Shown here: positions 31,771 through 45,734 of the stretch, one piece after another
Numbering within the stretch: the stretch's first letter is position 1
How the letters are laid out: each line of letters opens with the position of its first letter
Assembly: GCF_009914755.1 (NCBI RefSeq)
Contig: NC_060927.1
Direction: 5' to 3' (one strand)
Source: the human T2T-CHM13v2.0 reference genome, Homo sapiens
DNA: 64,000 bases
Translations under genes and position numbers: made by a program
The notes under the pieces: generated by a model
Database searches by the model: none
What the model was told of the DNA's origin: nothing
What the model saw: only the letters and a program-made list of their open reading frames with translations

Positions 31771-32835
31771 AATCGTATTTAGTAAAAGACAATCCAGGTA
31801 ATGTGTAATTTAAAGTAATCAATAAAAAGGAAGGCATCCTCATCGAGCTCTATACATTTTATAAATACAACCAGAACTGGCATTGTTGCCTAGAAGCATC
31901 TATGTACATATTAGGAACATTTGTCTGTGTAAAATTCCTTGTTGCCTGTGAACCTGCTGAAGGGTTGTTGTGGGATGGGGGTGGGGGAGTGCAGTTTTCT
32001 GGCCAGAAACTTTGTCCTAATGTCTATGGGAACTGACATTGCACTAATTCTCACAGTTCTCTCCTGACTGGCTGCCTGTTTTCATTGTGGCCCATAATTT
32101 ATCTTCCACATTGTTGCCAGAATAACAATCTTAGCAAAATACAAAGTGTTAGCATGTTGCTCTGATGACTAACATACTTCAGAGACTTTCCATCACCCAC
32201 AGGATAAAGTTTAAACACTTTGGCCTTTTCTCTAGTGAGGTTTGGAAATGAAATTAAGCAAAAGCCAGGTATGTTGCTATTCAGTTCTTAAGTTGAGAGG
32301 CAGATATTGGATAATTCTTTTTGGGGCTATTTGCAAGGGAGACACAATGGACACTGAACTCTGATGAAGACACTGAAGAGGTGCCTAGTATAATGCTCCA
32401 ACCGTGGCCCCTACTAAGTGGTGCTGGGGCAGGGGGTGAAGGTGGCACACTTTCCTGCTGTAGCTGCTCCCTGGCTTGGTCACAGCTTAAGGAAGACCCC
32501 AAATGGAAGTTACCATTTGGGTAACTACATAATGATTTAGTTTGCCAAACTAGGCATTCAGCTGTTTACCAAAAGGCATTCTAACTGGCCAGAAAAACAC
32601 CCAGTGGGTAAAGACTAGTATTTACCTTTATCACACAGCAATTTCTTAATTAACCTAAAGTAGGTATTTGGTTAAATGAAGTTTGATATTTGGAAAGAAT
32701 AGCCCCCATTCTACGTAATGTTTGGGTTTACCAAAACATTACTTGCTCAAAATTCAATGGATCCATTTATTATAATAACTTGTTTTAATCTCGATGTCAC
32801 AACATAATCTACTAAGTTAAAAATGTGTTCAGGTT

Positions 32836-33119
<284 letters not shown>

Positions 33120-33199
33120 AAAAATGTGTTCAGGTTGAATTAGCTTTATATTACAACTCAGATTGCAGAGATTTTCTGTTGGATCTTAGTTGAATATAA

Positions 33200-33325
33200 G
33201 CAATCATCTGGTCCAATTCCTCGATTTTTTAAAAATGAAGAATCTGAGTGCTATCTAGAGGTAAACTGGGTTGCTTAATGCTACACAACTATTTGTTGGC
33301 TGAGCTAGACCCAGAACTCAGCTGA
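33200..33325 (-). mobile_element. MIR fragment
   Basis: CATCTGGTCCAA...AATGAAGAATCTGAG...GCTGAGCTAGACCCAGAAC. Confidence 0.55.
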
Positions 33326-33799
33326 TAACCATATTTCTTAAATAAACATCAGGATATATCGCTTAACACAGGCAACTTTCTGATTTGTAAATTTATTAAG
33401 AAGTCTTTCAGAGGTATCATATCTTGCAACACATTGAGCAAAGAGCCTTCACTGATGAAAAGAAAATGAGATTGAGTCTGTCCTGGAATCTCTAGTTTAT
33501 TTGGTTTCTATGGACTCAGTGGCATAGAAGGCGAATGTTAGTTTATGATCTCAGGGCTGGTGTCTCCTTGACTCTTCAACCTTTGGTGTGACTTCCTGGC
33601 TCTGTTCAACTGCGTTTTACCAGCAGCTCTTCTCTGCCAGCAACCTAGTCTGACACGGACCAAGATATCCTGTCAAATTATCACTCCATGTTTGTTTGCC
33701 CCTGTAGGAGGATGGAGAGTTTAGAGTTGGTGGAAGGCATGAGTCTGTAGCAGGGAGGGCAAGCTGCCCACACCAATTTATGTGCCCCTTTCCATGATG

Positions 33800-34172
33800 A
33801 CCTGTACAGAGTCGTTACTGGAAACTGGCCATCCAGCCATGCACTACATTTCCCAGTCTTGATTTCCTAACCTTCTCACCCCACATCTCTTGCTATGCAT
33901 CTAGACCAGTCTTTGGTAACGGAGTGTGAGTGGGAGTGATCTATTATTTTCAGGCCAGTGCTGTTATGTTTTCTTTCCCTTTCTGCAAGCTGGAAGCCCT
34001 AGGAGATAGCGAATCCAAAGAAGAAAGCAACTCAGGTAGTGAAGCACCACATAGAGAAGCTCTGCCTGCCAACTAGGAAAGACTCCCTTAGACTCGCAGG
34101 TGAGCATAAAATAAACTTGAACTCTGTCTTTACACATTTTGGCTTTGTTCAGCAGCCAACATTCCCCTAAAT
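33800..34172 (+). mobile_element. LTR16-like ERV-L LTR
   Basis: ACTACATTTCCCAG; AATAAACTT poly(A) region; CAGCAGCC near the end. Confidence 0.55.
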
Positions 34173-34176
34173 AATA

Positions 34177-34232
34177 TTAGGTTGATGCAAAAGTCATTGC
34201 GGTTTTTTTCCTTTACTTTTGTATCAACCTAA
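34177..34232. mobile_element. MADE1 (Hsmar1 MITE), internally deleted
   Basis: TIRs TTAGGTTGATGCAAAAGT / ACTTTTGTATCAACCTAA flanked by TA. Confidence 0.88.
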
Positions 34233-35409
34233 TATGAAGGCTCTGGTTCTAACTTTGACTTCACTTTGAAGATAGATGCACACCTAAAAATTAGTAACAT
34301 GTATTTCTACCAAATACTTAATTTAATTGAGCACTCTAAGTGTTCAGAGAGGTCTCAATTTCCCCAAGAGATTAATAAAGCAAAATGAATTGAGACACTC
34401 AAAGAAGCAGCTAATAAACAAATTACTTACTTGTCTAAATTTTGCTGATATCATGCTGTTCACTTCCAAATAAGTTCACTTTTAATTTTCATATCCTTGT
34501 ATGGAGGTGAAGGATGTTGTGCTTTGGATATAGACTGTAATTTTTATATGTTATGCTCATTTTACAGTTGTATTTAGTTGTACTTCACCTCTTTCCAAAA
34601 GAATTTGCAATGACTTATAAAAAATGACTTAGCAACAAAATTAATAAAATAGAAAAGCATAATATAGACAAAGGAATGAGGAAAATATGCTAACTGTAAT
34701 TATTCACATGGCGGCTGTGACTGAGTTTCAACCTTGGGTCTAAACTCCTTGGCATGTTGGGTAAGAGGGAAGGTGATAAATTGCAAATCAGCCCTTGGAA
34801 CAGAGGAAGTGTGCTCTTGCCTCAGGAGAGACAAAGCTTTGCCTGGTTCCAATATCTCAAAGAAATGGTCCTCAGTGTTTTTATCTCAGGGGAGTAGGAC
34901 CTACTAAGAGTGAAATCAGAATGGATTTTAATAAAATCTCCAGCTCAATTTTGTGAAATGGATTCTTGATTATATTGAAAAGGGAAGAAGCTGTTATGCT
35001 AAGTCATTACTGAAAGCCTTTTATTTTGATTTTTCACATACTTTAGCTCTTCGGAACTTAGGTATAGCTTGAGGATGAGGATCTTTGATATGTTCAGTTA
35101 AAAAAGTTTCTTTGGCTCATATTAGGTAAGCTCTGGACCAAACTGATGGTTTGCTTCTAGAGGCACTGTGAACAAAGTATGTCATTAGTTGAGGTAAACT
35201 AATATTTGAAGGTGATTGTTTTATCTTCCTTGGGAGAGAATGTGGTTTTCTCAATGTATGAGCTTGGAGTTCTCATAGATTGGGGGTTCTTAGGTTGGAA
35301 TTTCTAAGGAAGAGCCCCTACATTGTAACACAAGCAACCCCATTTAGACATTTTCAGGGACAGGCCATTCTTAATAGGCTTTCATGTGCTCCAAGAAAAT
35401 TGCAGCTAG

Positions 35410-35550
35410 AGATTTTCTCATTAGCTATCATTTTATAGACAAGAAGACTGAGGCCCAGACCGAGTATGTAACTGGCCAGTGGTTTCAGCAATAATGAAAA
35501 CAACGTTGAGACAACAACCCCAGTCTTCTGATGCTTAGCTCATTTCTGCT
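35410..35550 (-). mobile_element. MIR fragment
   Basis: CATTTTATAGACAAGAAGACTGAGGCCCAGA...CCCCAGTCTTCTGA. Confidence 0.65.
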
Positions 35551-37734
35551 ACCTAATATATGCCTCTTTTTAAATACTAGTTCAATACTATTCAATTTAA
35601 TGCAGCAAGCCTGTATTAAACATCAACAATAGAAAGTATCACCCTCAAGATATTTATGTGTCCCATATAATTCTTGGTTATCTCTGTATTTCCTAAAACC
35701 CTTAATTGTTTCCATCAAATACAGGTAGGCAATGCAAGAAAGTTCAAATTGCAAATATGACAATCAGTAGTTGTATATCAATCTCTAATAGAATCATGTT
35801 ATGTTCCAGATTGGTGAAACAGTGTAACATCTTTTCTACTCTCTGAAGATTTCAAAGCACTTAACATTACCTTAAAACTCATTAAGCCAAGTGCTGAATC
35901 AGACATTGGATGCTATAACTTGATTATTTATTTAGTAGCATCAGGGAGTTGGTTCTCATTGGGAACTGATAGCTCTAAAAGGATGAAATTTTTCTTCAGT
36001 ATTCTGCAAGGACAAACACCGTTCAGCCAACACTACTCTTTCAAAGATAATCAGTGATAATATAGGAAAATATTAGCAAGTGACCCAAAAAACTCTTCCC
36101 AGATACATAAATTAATCAAATATTTTCCAAAGTCTTTGTAAATATATGTTAATTTGATCTGGTATATGCTACCTTATAGGAATAAAAGAGTTTGTGGGAT
36201 TTTATTAGTTAAGGAATAGAAGAAAGTGAAATTCACTTATTCTTTCTTACCAGTTAAGATTTAGAATATCTTTCTCTTAAAAGTTACCCACTGTATTGAA
36301 AATTCTTTCTTGCTTTTTAAATTTAGGAATACTCTATTTTTGAAAAGTGAATGGTGGTTTTTTGTTGACTATTGCCTTTCAAAACATGTTTTATTATTAC
36401 TGTGCAAATTATATAGTTTTTTGACTTTTAAAAATATTGAAGTTAATATCAGCTTCTGTTTTTATATCAAAAAGTGGCTAGTTGTTTTCTTGGACTCTGT
36501 TTTTCTTGATAGAAATTTTGCCAGAATTTCACTAATTTAATTAAAAACATCAATCCATTAGAACATAGAGATATAAATGGATTGTCTATTTGTCCCTGGC
36601 TAACTTTCAATATGAGTGATTAACTGTTAATTATAGACCTGTGTATGTAGTCTACGAATTTTTCATATTCAAAATTAAACTTTGAATCATCTCTAAAATG
36701 ACAGTGGCAAATGACACAGATACAGTTTTGAATAATGATAGACTACATTGGCAAAAGCTACTGCGAGTTTTTTGGGTGCGTAAGACAGGCTCATATTCAG
36801 GTAAGTTTTTGATCTCTTGTTTTAAATGTGAATATATCTACATTTTGGATATGCTGCCTAATGCTCTTCTAACTTAAAATCAGAACACTTATATTCATGA
36901 AAGTGGCTGTAGATCCCTGGACAGAGGATTTTAGACTCAATTCTTTATTATGCAAATTACAGAGGCTGTGCTAGGGGTAAGAGGGTTAATGACTATTAAC
37001 TGGTGATAACAGGTTCCAGTCTCTACTATCATTTATTCACTTAGTGAGGGAGAAAGGAGAAAGACCGAGGGGTCGCTGAAGAGATAACTTAGGATTTCTA
37101 ATTTAGGCTTATTTCATAGATAGTATTTTTAAAACAGGAATAAATAGATGAAAATAAAGAAAAAAAAATCATTCCAAATTGTATCATCTAAGGATAACGC
37201 TGGTAACAGTTTTCTCTATAGAACATTTTAACACTATTAGTGTATGTTCTGTGCATATATAGTTCAAACTTTTTTCTTTCAAAAATTGTATCATGTTATA
37301 TGTGTCTTTGAATATGGCTTTTATTAATTTAACCTCAGGAATTTCCTCCTGTCAGTAAATACACTTCTAAAACATTAATGGCATCATATTCCTTCATTCA
37401 CAGTGGCATCATAATTTATTTAACAAAACCTTCAGCGTGTGAACGTTTAGATTGTTTCACATTTTTTGAGTATAGTAAAAAATGCTGTGATGAGCATCTC
37501 TATATATACATCTTTGTCCAATTAGTTTTTAAGATAGATTGATACAAGCAAAGTTGCTATGTGAAAGGGCATACATGCTCTATGGTTTTTGGTATATATT
37601 AAAAACTTCCTTGGAGAATTTGTACCAATTTATACACGTAATGGATATATGAAATTCCCTCTCCCTCCAGATCTTGAAAATACCATAATTTTTCCAATCT
37701 TGGCTAACTATAAAGAAAATACAGAAAATACAGA

Positions 37735-38058
37735 TTTCTTTCTTTCTTTCTTTCTTTTTTATTGTTGTTGAGACGAAGTCTTACTCTGTCATTCAGGCTG
37801 GAGTGCAGTGGCGCAATCTTGGCTCACTGCAACCTCTGCCTCCCAGGTTCATTCTCCTGGCTTAGCCTCCCGAGTAGGTGGGACTTCAGGTGCATGCCAC
37901 CACACCCGGCTAATTTTTTTTTTTTTTTTGTATCATTAGTAGAAATAGCGTGTCACCATGTCGGCCAGGCTGATTTCAAACTCCTGACCTTAAGTTGATC
38001 CTTCTGCCTCGGCCGCCCAGCATGCTGGAATTACAGGGGTGAGCCACTGCTCCTGGCC
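37735..38058 (-). mobile_element. AluS
   Basis: (CTTT)n head plus full antisense dimer. Confidence 0.92.
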
Positions 38059-38150
38059 GATTTCATTTTTAATTGCTGTTTTTTGATTACTAAAGATTGA
38101 ATGAGTTGATTTTTTTTCACATGCTTATTGGTCTTTTCTATTTCTTCTTC

Positions 38151-38306
38151 TTTTTTTAGAGACAGGATCTCAGTCTGTCACCCAGGATGGAATGCAGTGG
38201 CATGATCATGGCTCACTGAAGCTTTGGCCTCCTGAGCTCAAGTGATCTTCCCACCTCAACCTCCCAAAGTGCTGGGGTTACAGGACTGAGCCACCCTGTC
38301 CAGACC
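38151..38306 (-). mobile_element. FRAM/AluJ-type monomer
   Basis: Single arm running from GAGACAGGATCTC to CCCAAAGTGCTGGGGTTACAGG. Confidence 0.82.
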
Positions 38307-38706
38307 ATTTCTTCTTCTTGTCTATGTATGCCAATTTCTTATTCAGTTAATGTAGTTATCTTTTTCTGAGTGATTTTTAAAGCACCCTAGTGATATTGAG
38401 GAGTGGGAACTCTTCATCTGTCATATATGTTGCAAATATTGTTTTAAAGTTTTCTGTTTGACTGTTAACTTTGCTGGTGATGATTTTTGATATGTAGACA
38501 TTTTTATTTTTTAATATAGTTATATCTTCCAATTTTTTTTGGCTCCTACTTTTGATGTCATGCTTAGATAAACCTTATCCATACTAGCATTTAAAAATAT
38601 TTGCCCATGATTCATTTAATGGTTTTAATTTTTATATTCAACCTTTAAAGTATTATGAAAGATTTCACATATAGAAATTGGTGTGAATAACGTAAGAGAG
38701 GCAGTA

Positions 38707-39061
38707 CAGTCGTGTCACTTAACAATGGGGATAAGTTCTGAGAAATGCGTACTTAGGCAGTTTTGTTGTTGTGCAAACATAATAGAGTGTACTTACACAA
38801 ACCTGGATGTTAGTGCCTACTGCATACCTAGGCTCTATGGAATAGCCTATTGCTGCTATGCTACAAACCTGTGCAGCATGTTACTTTATTGAATACTGCA
38901 GGCAACTGTAATACAATGGTAAATATTTCTGTATCTAAACATAAAAATAGTTGTGCTACATGTTATGATGGCTGTGAAAGGTATGATGTTACTAGGCAAT
39001 AGGAATTTTTCAGCTCCATTATAATCTTATGCATTCCACCATTGACCAAAACACATGACTA
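38707..39061 (+). mobile_element. Tigger3a-like (MER7/Golem) Tc1-mariner MITE
   Basis: TA|CAGTCGTGTCACTTAACAATGGGGATAAGTTCTGAGAAATGCGT...ACATGACT. Confidence 0.9.
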
Positions 39062-39107
39062 TATATGTCACGGTTAAGAGCACAGACTTCAAGCCAGATT
39101 TTGTGGG

Positions 39108-39687
39108 TGTGGTGGTTTTAAAATAAGTCCATAAATTCTTTACATTACTCCCTTCAAAAGATGGAGCATAATTCCCCTCCCCATGGATATGGGCTTAATG
39201 TGGCCACTCCCTTCTGATGAGTAGAATGTTATGAAAATAATGAAGTGTATATTTGGACACAATGTCATAAAAGACATTGAGGCTTCTCTCTCTGTTTCTT
39301 TCCCCTGTTCCCTTGGATTTCTCACTCTAGGGGAAGCTAGCTGCAGTGCCATGAGGACGTCAGTCAGCTCTGTGGAGAGGTCCAGTAATGAGGAGCTAAG
39401 GCCTCCCACCAGCATTTAGCAAGGAAGCTGATGGAGGCTTCAGACCAACAGCTACATAGGTAAGCTTGGAAGTGGATCCTCCAGCTTTATCAAGTCTTCA
39501 GGTTACTATAGTTCTGGTTGACATGTTAGTTGCAATATCATTAGATACACTGAGGCAGAACCATCCAACAAAGCCTCTCCTGAATCTCTGACTCTCAAAA
39601 ACTGACTGTATGATAATAAATGTTTGTTGTTTAAGACTGTACTAAGTTTTGAGGTAATGTTTTATGTAGCAATAGATGACTAATATA
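39108..39687 (+). mobile_element. MLT1F1/F2-like LTR inserted in a MIR
   Basis: TGTGGTGGTTTTAAAATA...GTAGCAATAGATGACTAATA; MIR halves on either side (39065-39105, 39700-39850). Confidence 0.85.
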
Positions 39688-40246
39688 ATAGGCATGAATC
39701 ATCAAGCTGTAAGATCTTATGCCTTAATTTCCTTATTTTACAATAGGGAAAATAATAGAACTGTCTTTATAAGATAATTCTGAAGTATAAATTAACATAT
39801 ATGTAGTAACAGTGCCAATGTGTGGTGAGCTAAAAGTTTTGCTATTATCAACAAATAGCCATGTACCCCCACCCAGCTTAAGAAGTAGAATGTTACTGAT
39901 AGAACTGGAGATTCATTTATGTCCCTTCCCAAATGCATGTACTTAACTATTTAAATATCTAGAAATTATTTCAGTTATGGAGTGAGGTAAGGATCCAGTA
40001 AATAATTTTTACCCCAAATGGATAACCCATTTTCTCAGCATAATTTGATTAATCATTTATCATTTTCCCACTGATTTGGAGATCATTATTTTAGTGTACT
40101 AATTACCTATGTGTACTTTTATTTGTTTTGGGGTTTCTATTCTGCTCCATTGCATTATGTCCATTCTGCCATCAGGTACGTACTGTTTTAATTAGTCTCA
40201 CTTCATGGTATGTTCTGATGCTTCCAGTACAAATTCCCCTATATTA

Positions 40247-40835
40247 TTGGGTAGACACTCTCTCAAATGGCCTCATATGATCCCTGACTCTTGGTATTCA
40301 TGTTCTTGGGTAATCTTCCCTTAAGTGTGGGCTGGATTTGGTGACTCTCTAGTGAATAAAGTGTGGTAAAGATGATGGTATGTCACTCCTGAGATTAAGT
40401 TACAAAAAAGACTACGGCTTCTATCTTGGTTATTCTTTCTTATTTTCTCACTTGCTTTGAGGGAATCCAGCTGCCTTGTGAGCTGCTTTGTAGAGAAGTC
40501 CATGTGGCAAGGAGCTAAGTAAGGGAGGCATCGTGACAACAGCCAGTGAGGAACTGAGGCACTCAGTCTAACAGCTTGGGAGGAATTGAATCCTTCCAAC
40601 AACCTGCATGTGAGCTTGAGCTTGGAAATGGACCTTACCTCAGGTGAACTTTTAGGTGAGACAACAGTCCTAAGCCAATACTTTGATTGCAGCCTTGTGA
40701 GAGAACTTGAGCTAGAGGTACCAAGCTAAACCATGCTTGTATTTCTGATTCACGGAAACTGAAATAATAAAAGTTTGTTACTTGAAGCTGCTAAATCTTG
40801 TGGTAATTTATTACGCAGCAATAGAAAACTAACAC
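40247..40835 (+). mobile_element. MLT1F-like LTR
   Basis: GGTATTCATG...GTGTGGGCTGGA...TTACGCAGCAATAGAAAACTAACACA. Confidence 0.87.
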
Positions 40836-41419
40836 AAGTTTTCTTTTCAGTTCTTTTTTGGGTGTTCTTCTCTACTTATCCTTTGATATGGCCATGATTT
40901 CGTCTTACTCCAAAAAATTTTAGAGAATTTTATTTGGCATTACGTAATATTTCTAAATCATTTTGGGGCCGCTTGATACCTCAATAATGAGTTTTCCGAT
41001 ACCACAATATTGTGTTCCATTCAAATCACACAAGACTTCTTTTATGTGCCTCATTGAGTTTTCTTTATACATATTTCTTATTAGGTTTATTCTTAGCCAT
41101 TGTATACATTTCATTGGTATTATGAATGGAAATAATTTCTATTTGATTATTGTTTGTATGCAGGGAATTAATTGGTTTTTGTACATTTTCCCAGGAATCT
41201 ACCACTTAATTGAATTCTATTATTAGTTCTCATTGTTTTCCATTGTGTCTCCTGGGTTTTCTATAGAGACAATGATCCAGTATTCTTTTTACAACAAACT
41301 TAAAGATACTGAGCAGAGAAACAAAAGTGTTTATATGTGTGTGCACATACTATGTGCAATGAGGGGATAATGTGAAGCCAAGAATTTGGAAAGAAATAAA
41401 TAGTAAATAGCTCTGTTTT

Positions 41420-42720
41420 CTTCATTTCTGTCTTTGCATCATTTAGCACAGCCCTCAAAATATAGAAGATGCTGTGTGTATAGTAATTGAATTAATGAAT
41501 GACCTACCTGCCTTCTAGTTTGGTTCCCTCGTCCTGCTTCAACATCTCTCTCTGAGCCAACTCTTCATGAGGTTCCACCATGTCCTGAGCTGAACCCATG
41601 TTGGGTATGACATCTGCTGAGTCCTCAGCGCTCCATGAACACAATCTAAATAAGTAAATTACTTACCCCAGAAGACCTAATGACCTGCTGGGGGAGACAA
41701 TATGAGTTTGCATGTAATCTTTACAGAACAGATTAGTGCTAGAGATGGTGTATTACCTCCCTGGGCTCACATAGGGCTAGTATAAACTAGGCAAATGTAC
41801 CTTCCATTTCAGCAGTGTTCCATGTATAGTATTCAGGCCTGTGCTGAGCCAGGCAGGGTATGTAATAAGGTAGTGCTTGAGGGGAAGTCAGGATCCTGCA
41901 TAAAGAGAGAATCAGGTACTCAATCCAAAGGGCGAAGAGCGGCATACAACCAGACAGTAAATCTGAAAACAAGATGTACAGAAAATCTTGTCAAGAACAT
42001 GGGCAAATGTCTTAACCAAAGTGGTGGTGATATGGGAATTCAGCATTTACCTGGTGCCTGGTGCATGACTCAGGGTGGAAGCAGCTGTAGAATGCTTGAA
42101 GGAACTTTGCAGGGCTGGGCTAATTTGATTGCAAGGAGGAGCGTTACTCAGAATAGAAGTTATGATTCTGTAGGCCAAGATACAGAGCTAAATTTTATTC
42201 AAGGTGCCAGGGAGACAATGGAAAGTTTTCAGCTTAGGAGTGACATGAACTGATTAACTGGTTTATTGGAATGCAGTGGTGCCATGATAGCTCACTGCTG
42301 CCTCCAATTCCTAGGCTCAAGGGATCCTCCCTCCTCAGCCTCCCAAGCAGCTACAAGCATGCACCACTATGCTCAGCTAATTTAAAAATTATTTTTGCAG
42401 AGATGGGATCTCACTACGTTGCCCAGGCTGATCTCAATCCTCCCGCCTTGGCCTCTCAAACTGCTGGGATCACAGGTGTGAGCCACAGTTCCTGGTCTCA
42501 ATTTACATTTTTAACAAGCACTTTCTGTCCACAGATTGGAAACTGAGTTAGGCTGAGGGACAAGAGTGAAAGTTGAGAGAACTGGTAGGAGAAATTGCAG
42601 TGAGCAGGAGAGAGGTAATCCTGGGCTGGAGCAGGTTGGTGGTGATGGAGATGGGGACTGGTATTCATTGAGGTGTATTTGGAGGTGGACTAGACAAGAA
42701 ATATTTTCTGGCCAGAACTT
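41420..42720. mobile_element. L2 fragments (3' end on + at ~41420-41500; antisense pieces 41650-42720)
   Basis: TGAATTAATGAATGA tail; GGAGTGACATGA, GGTGATGGAGA...GATGGGGACTGG. Confidence 0.55.
42268..42497 (-). mobile_element. AluJ (partial)
   Basis: ATAGCTCACTGC...GGCTCAAGGGATCCTCCC...TCTCACTACGTTGCCCAGGCTG. Confidence 0.88.
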
Positions 42721-42845
42721 TGATATCTCTTATACTGAATCAACTAGATTTCTTTGTTGTTGAAGCCCTCAAAATGGAAGTGAGGACATTCCAGCAATCT
42801 GGGTGAATGGACTATCTATCTGCATGGAATTTTGTGGATGCATGA

Positions 42846-43283
<438 letters not shown>

Positions 43284-43292
43284 TAAAATAAA

Positions 43293-43593
<301 letters not shown>

Positions 43594-43999
43594 TAAGATA
43601 AATTTATTATGATAAAAACAACATCCTGGTATTTCTAAGATAACCCTATGCAAAAATTTAAGGTAGACTTTATTTTATTCATTGTGTATACTTAAGAAAC
43701 ATTATAGAAAAATGATTTTAAATAAATGCATAACCATACTTAGAAACTTAGAAGTTTTATTACCTGTTTTTAAAAAATTATTTTTCATCATAATTTCTTC
43801 CTTTTAATTATAATGTATTCTGTAAAAAACTATTACTGCTTTCCTGCCTGTAGTTTAGCCTACTATAAATTTGATTAAGTTAATGTGAAGTTAATGGCTA
43901 TATTTTAGATTCACCTCTTGGAATTTAATACTTTTATTGGAACAAAACTATTTTTGCCAAAATTATGTGGAACTAATGAAAAATTAATTGCTTTATAAA

Positions 44000-45500
44000 A
44001 TGCTGGCTTTTATCTAAAACTAATAATTCTTGTACATCTCTTAATCCTCCTGCAAACAGTTGGCAGGAAATAGAATCTAAGTTTACCAGTTCAAATTCCC
44101 TAAGATCCTCAGAGTCATTTTTATTTTTGTGTGATCCAACCTTTTAACTTTTTCACAACTTTAATCTTAAAAAAACAGATTTCTAATTAAATTCAGGCAT
44201 ATTATTCCCCCAAAGGGGGAGTTAGAAACCCCAAGCATAACTTAGACTTGGGACCTCTGAGCTAACACTTTTCCTTTCTTTACAGTTCATGTTGGCATTT
44301 TTATATGTCTCCCTCTAATAAAATGTAATGATTTTTATCTTTTAAGTTGATGCCTGGGACTTTGCCTTTTATCTGTTGTTTGCTGTGTTTCAGTCCATAA
44401 ATAAATCATGCAACAAAATAAATTACTTAATCCTGTGTTTTATTTGGAAACATATTAAGGGATAGATACAGAAGGAAAAACCACTTTATGCCTCGGAATT
44501 GCTCGCACTTTTATGATTTTGTGTCGCATTCAAACACTATCAAGGTGTCATATCAATAATAATTGTACACAAGAGCCACATTTGGAGATTTTTAAAGTTT
44601 TTGCCACTTTTTGATTAGGATATGTTCAAATAAAACCCCCCAAACTGTTCTTTGTCATCAGCATTCTCCGAGATTCTACTGTTGTAATAATAATTCATTC
44701 TACTATACAACTATTTAGCAGTAAGATTATTAATCCCCGGGTACTTTTAAAAATGAGACCACATGTGATTATTTTATTCCTTGTTTTATGCTTAGCAGTC
44801 CTTCTTGTCTTCTTTTAGTAGAAGAGGCTCTCTTAACACTCTGAAAGAGAAAAATAAAACATTACCCAACTTAATTTGTTTATTAAGCTTTTTTAGCCTG
44901 AAAGGGAAATAGTCCAAATTTCAAAACAGGTTTGGAGAATGCGATACGTGCATTATCGAGAAGCATTCTCCGCCACAGATTTCTCCCCTCAAAAATGTTT
45001 TTTTCATACAGAGAATGGACCCTTGTTTCTTAGGTTAATTGCTGGAATATGATGAGGTTTGGTTGCATTTTTAGTAATTTCCGGATTCTATTCCAGGACA
45101 TTTGGGATAGAGCCCAAGAGCTTAGCATGTTTTCCTTTTTTCATGGTAAAATTGTGCAAATATGCATTAGAGTGTGAAAACAAACAGTCTAATACATTTT
45201 TGCAAAGCTCTTTATGTTTACTGTTTATTGCAGATACCAGATCGTAATTAAAATGCGCTAACAAAAGCCAAGATACAAAGAACAAAGATATAACGAAACT
45301 TCATCTTTATAAAATATTTGTGATTAATCCTGGGGGATGTATGGCCTCACAACATTGCAGTGGAATTTTAAAAGCTTCTTCAGCCATGCCAGGAAGGCGA
45401 TAAAATTCAGTACCGTCAGGTGGTTGGAGAAAGACGAACCATGCCGTGGTTGTTTTGGGGTGCTATCTGCTTCTTAGAGAGGTTCTAATAATTCTTTAAG
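44000..45500. promoter_or_regulatory. Candidate enhancer (no recognisable repeats; homeodomain-site cluster)
   Basis: TTAATCC at 44041, 44427, 44730 and 45324; CCATAAA at 44395; about 17 CpGs in AT-rich 44480-45460; motif inference only. Confidence 0.4.
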
Positions 45501-45734
45501 ATCTTGAGGTTTTTTTCACTCTACATTTGAAATGAATAACAATCAGCTTCCAAGGAAAAGTAAACAAAAAAAGAGACATTAAAAGCATATTGTTTGGGAG
45601 AGATGAATTTAGATCTGTGTTTTTCAGTTGACATTTTCTATATGAGTGTGGGAGAAATTGCTTTTTGTTATTTGCATGTTTAGCAGAACTAAAAAGGTAG
45701 ATGAGAATATGAAGGGCAGTGTCAATTAATGGAA

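Larger units (their letters stand above)
37130..41285 (-). mobile_element. L1ME-type element fragmented by multiple later insertions
   Basis: Colinear antisense L1 pieces: 3' UTR ~37130-37730, then 38060-38690, 39850-40245 and 40840-41285 (TTGCAAATAT, TTTTCCCACTGATTTG, CTGGGTTTTCTA). Confidence 0.7.

Noticed and set aside
34560-34960. Possible ancient repeat (MamRep605-like)
   Set aside because: Resemblance limited to one short motif (CTTTCCAAAAGAATTTG); too weak to call.
36700-36806. Consensus splice donor CAG|GTAAGT (also at ~13800)
   Set aside because: No convincing polypyrimidine acceptor or coding frame upstream; isolated donors are expected by chance. A non-coding exon cannot be excluded without RNA data.
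41795-42253. 152-aa ATG-initiated ORF
   Set aside because: Lies among decayed antisense L2 fragments and resembles no protein I recognise.
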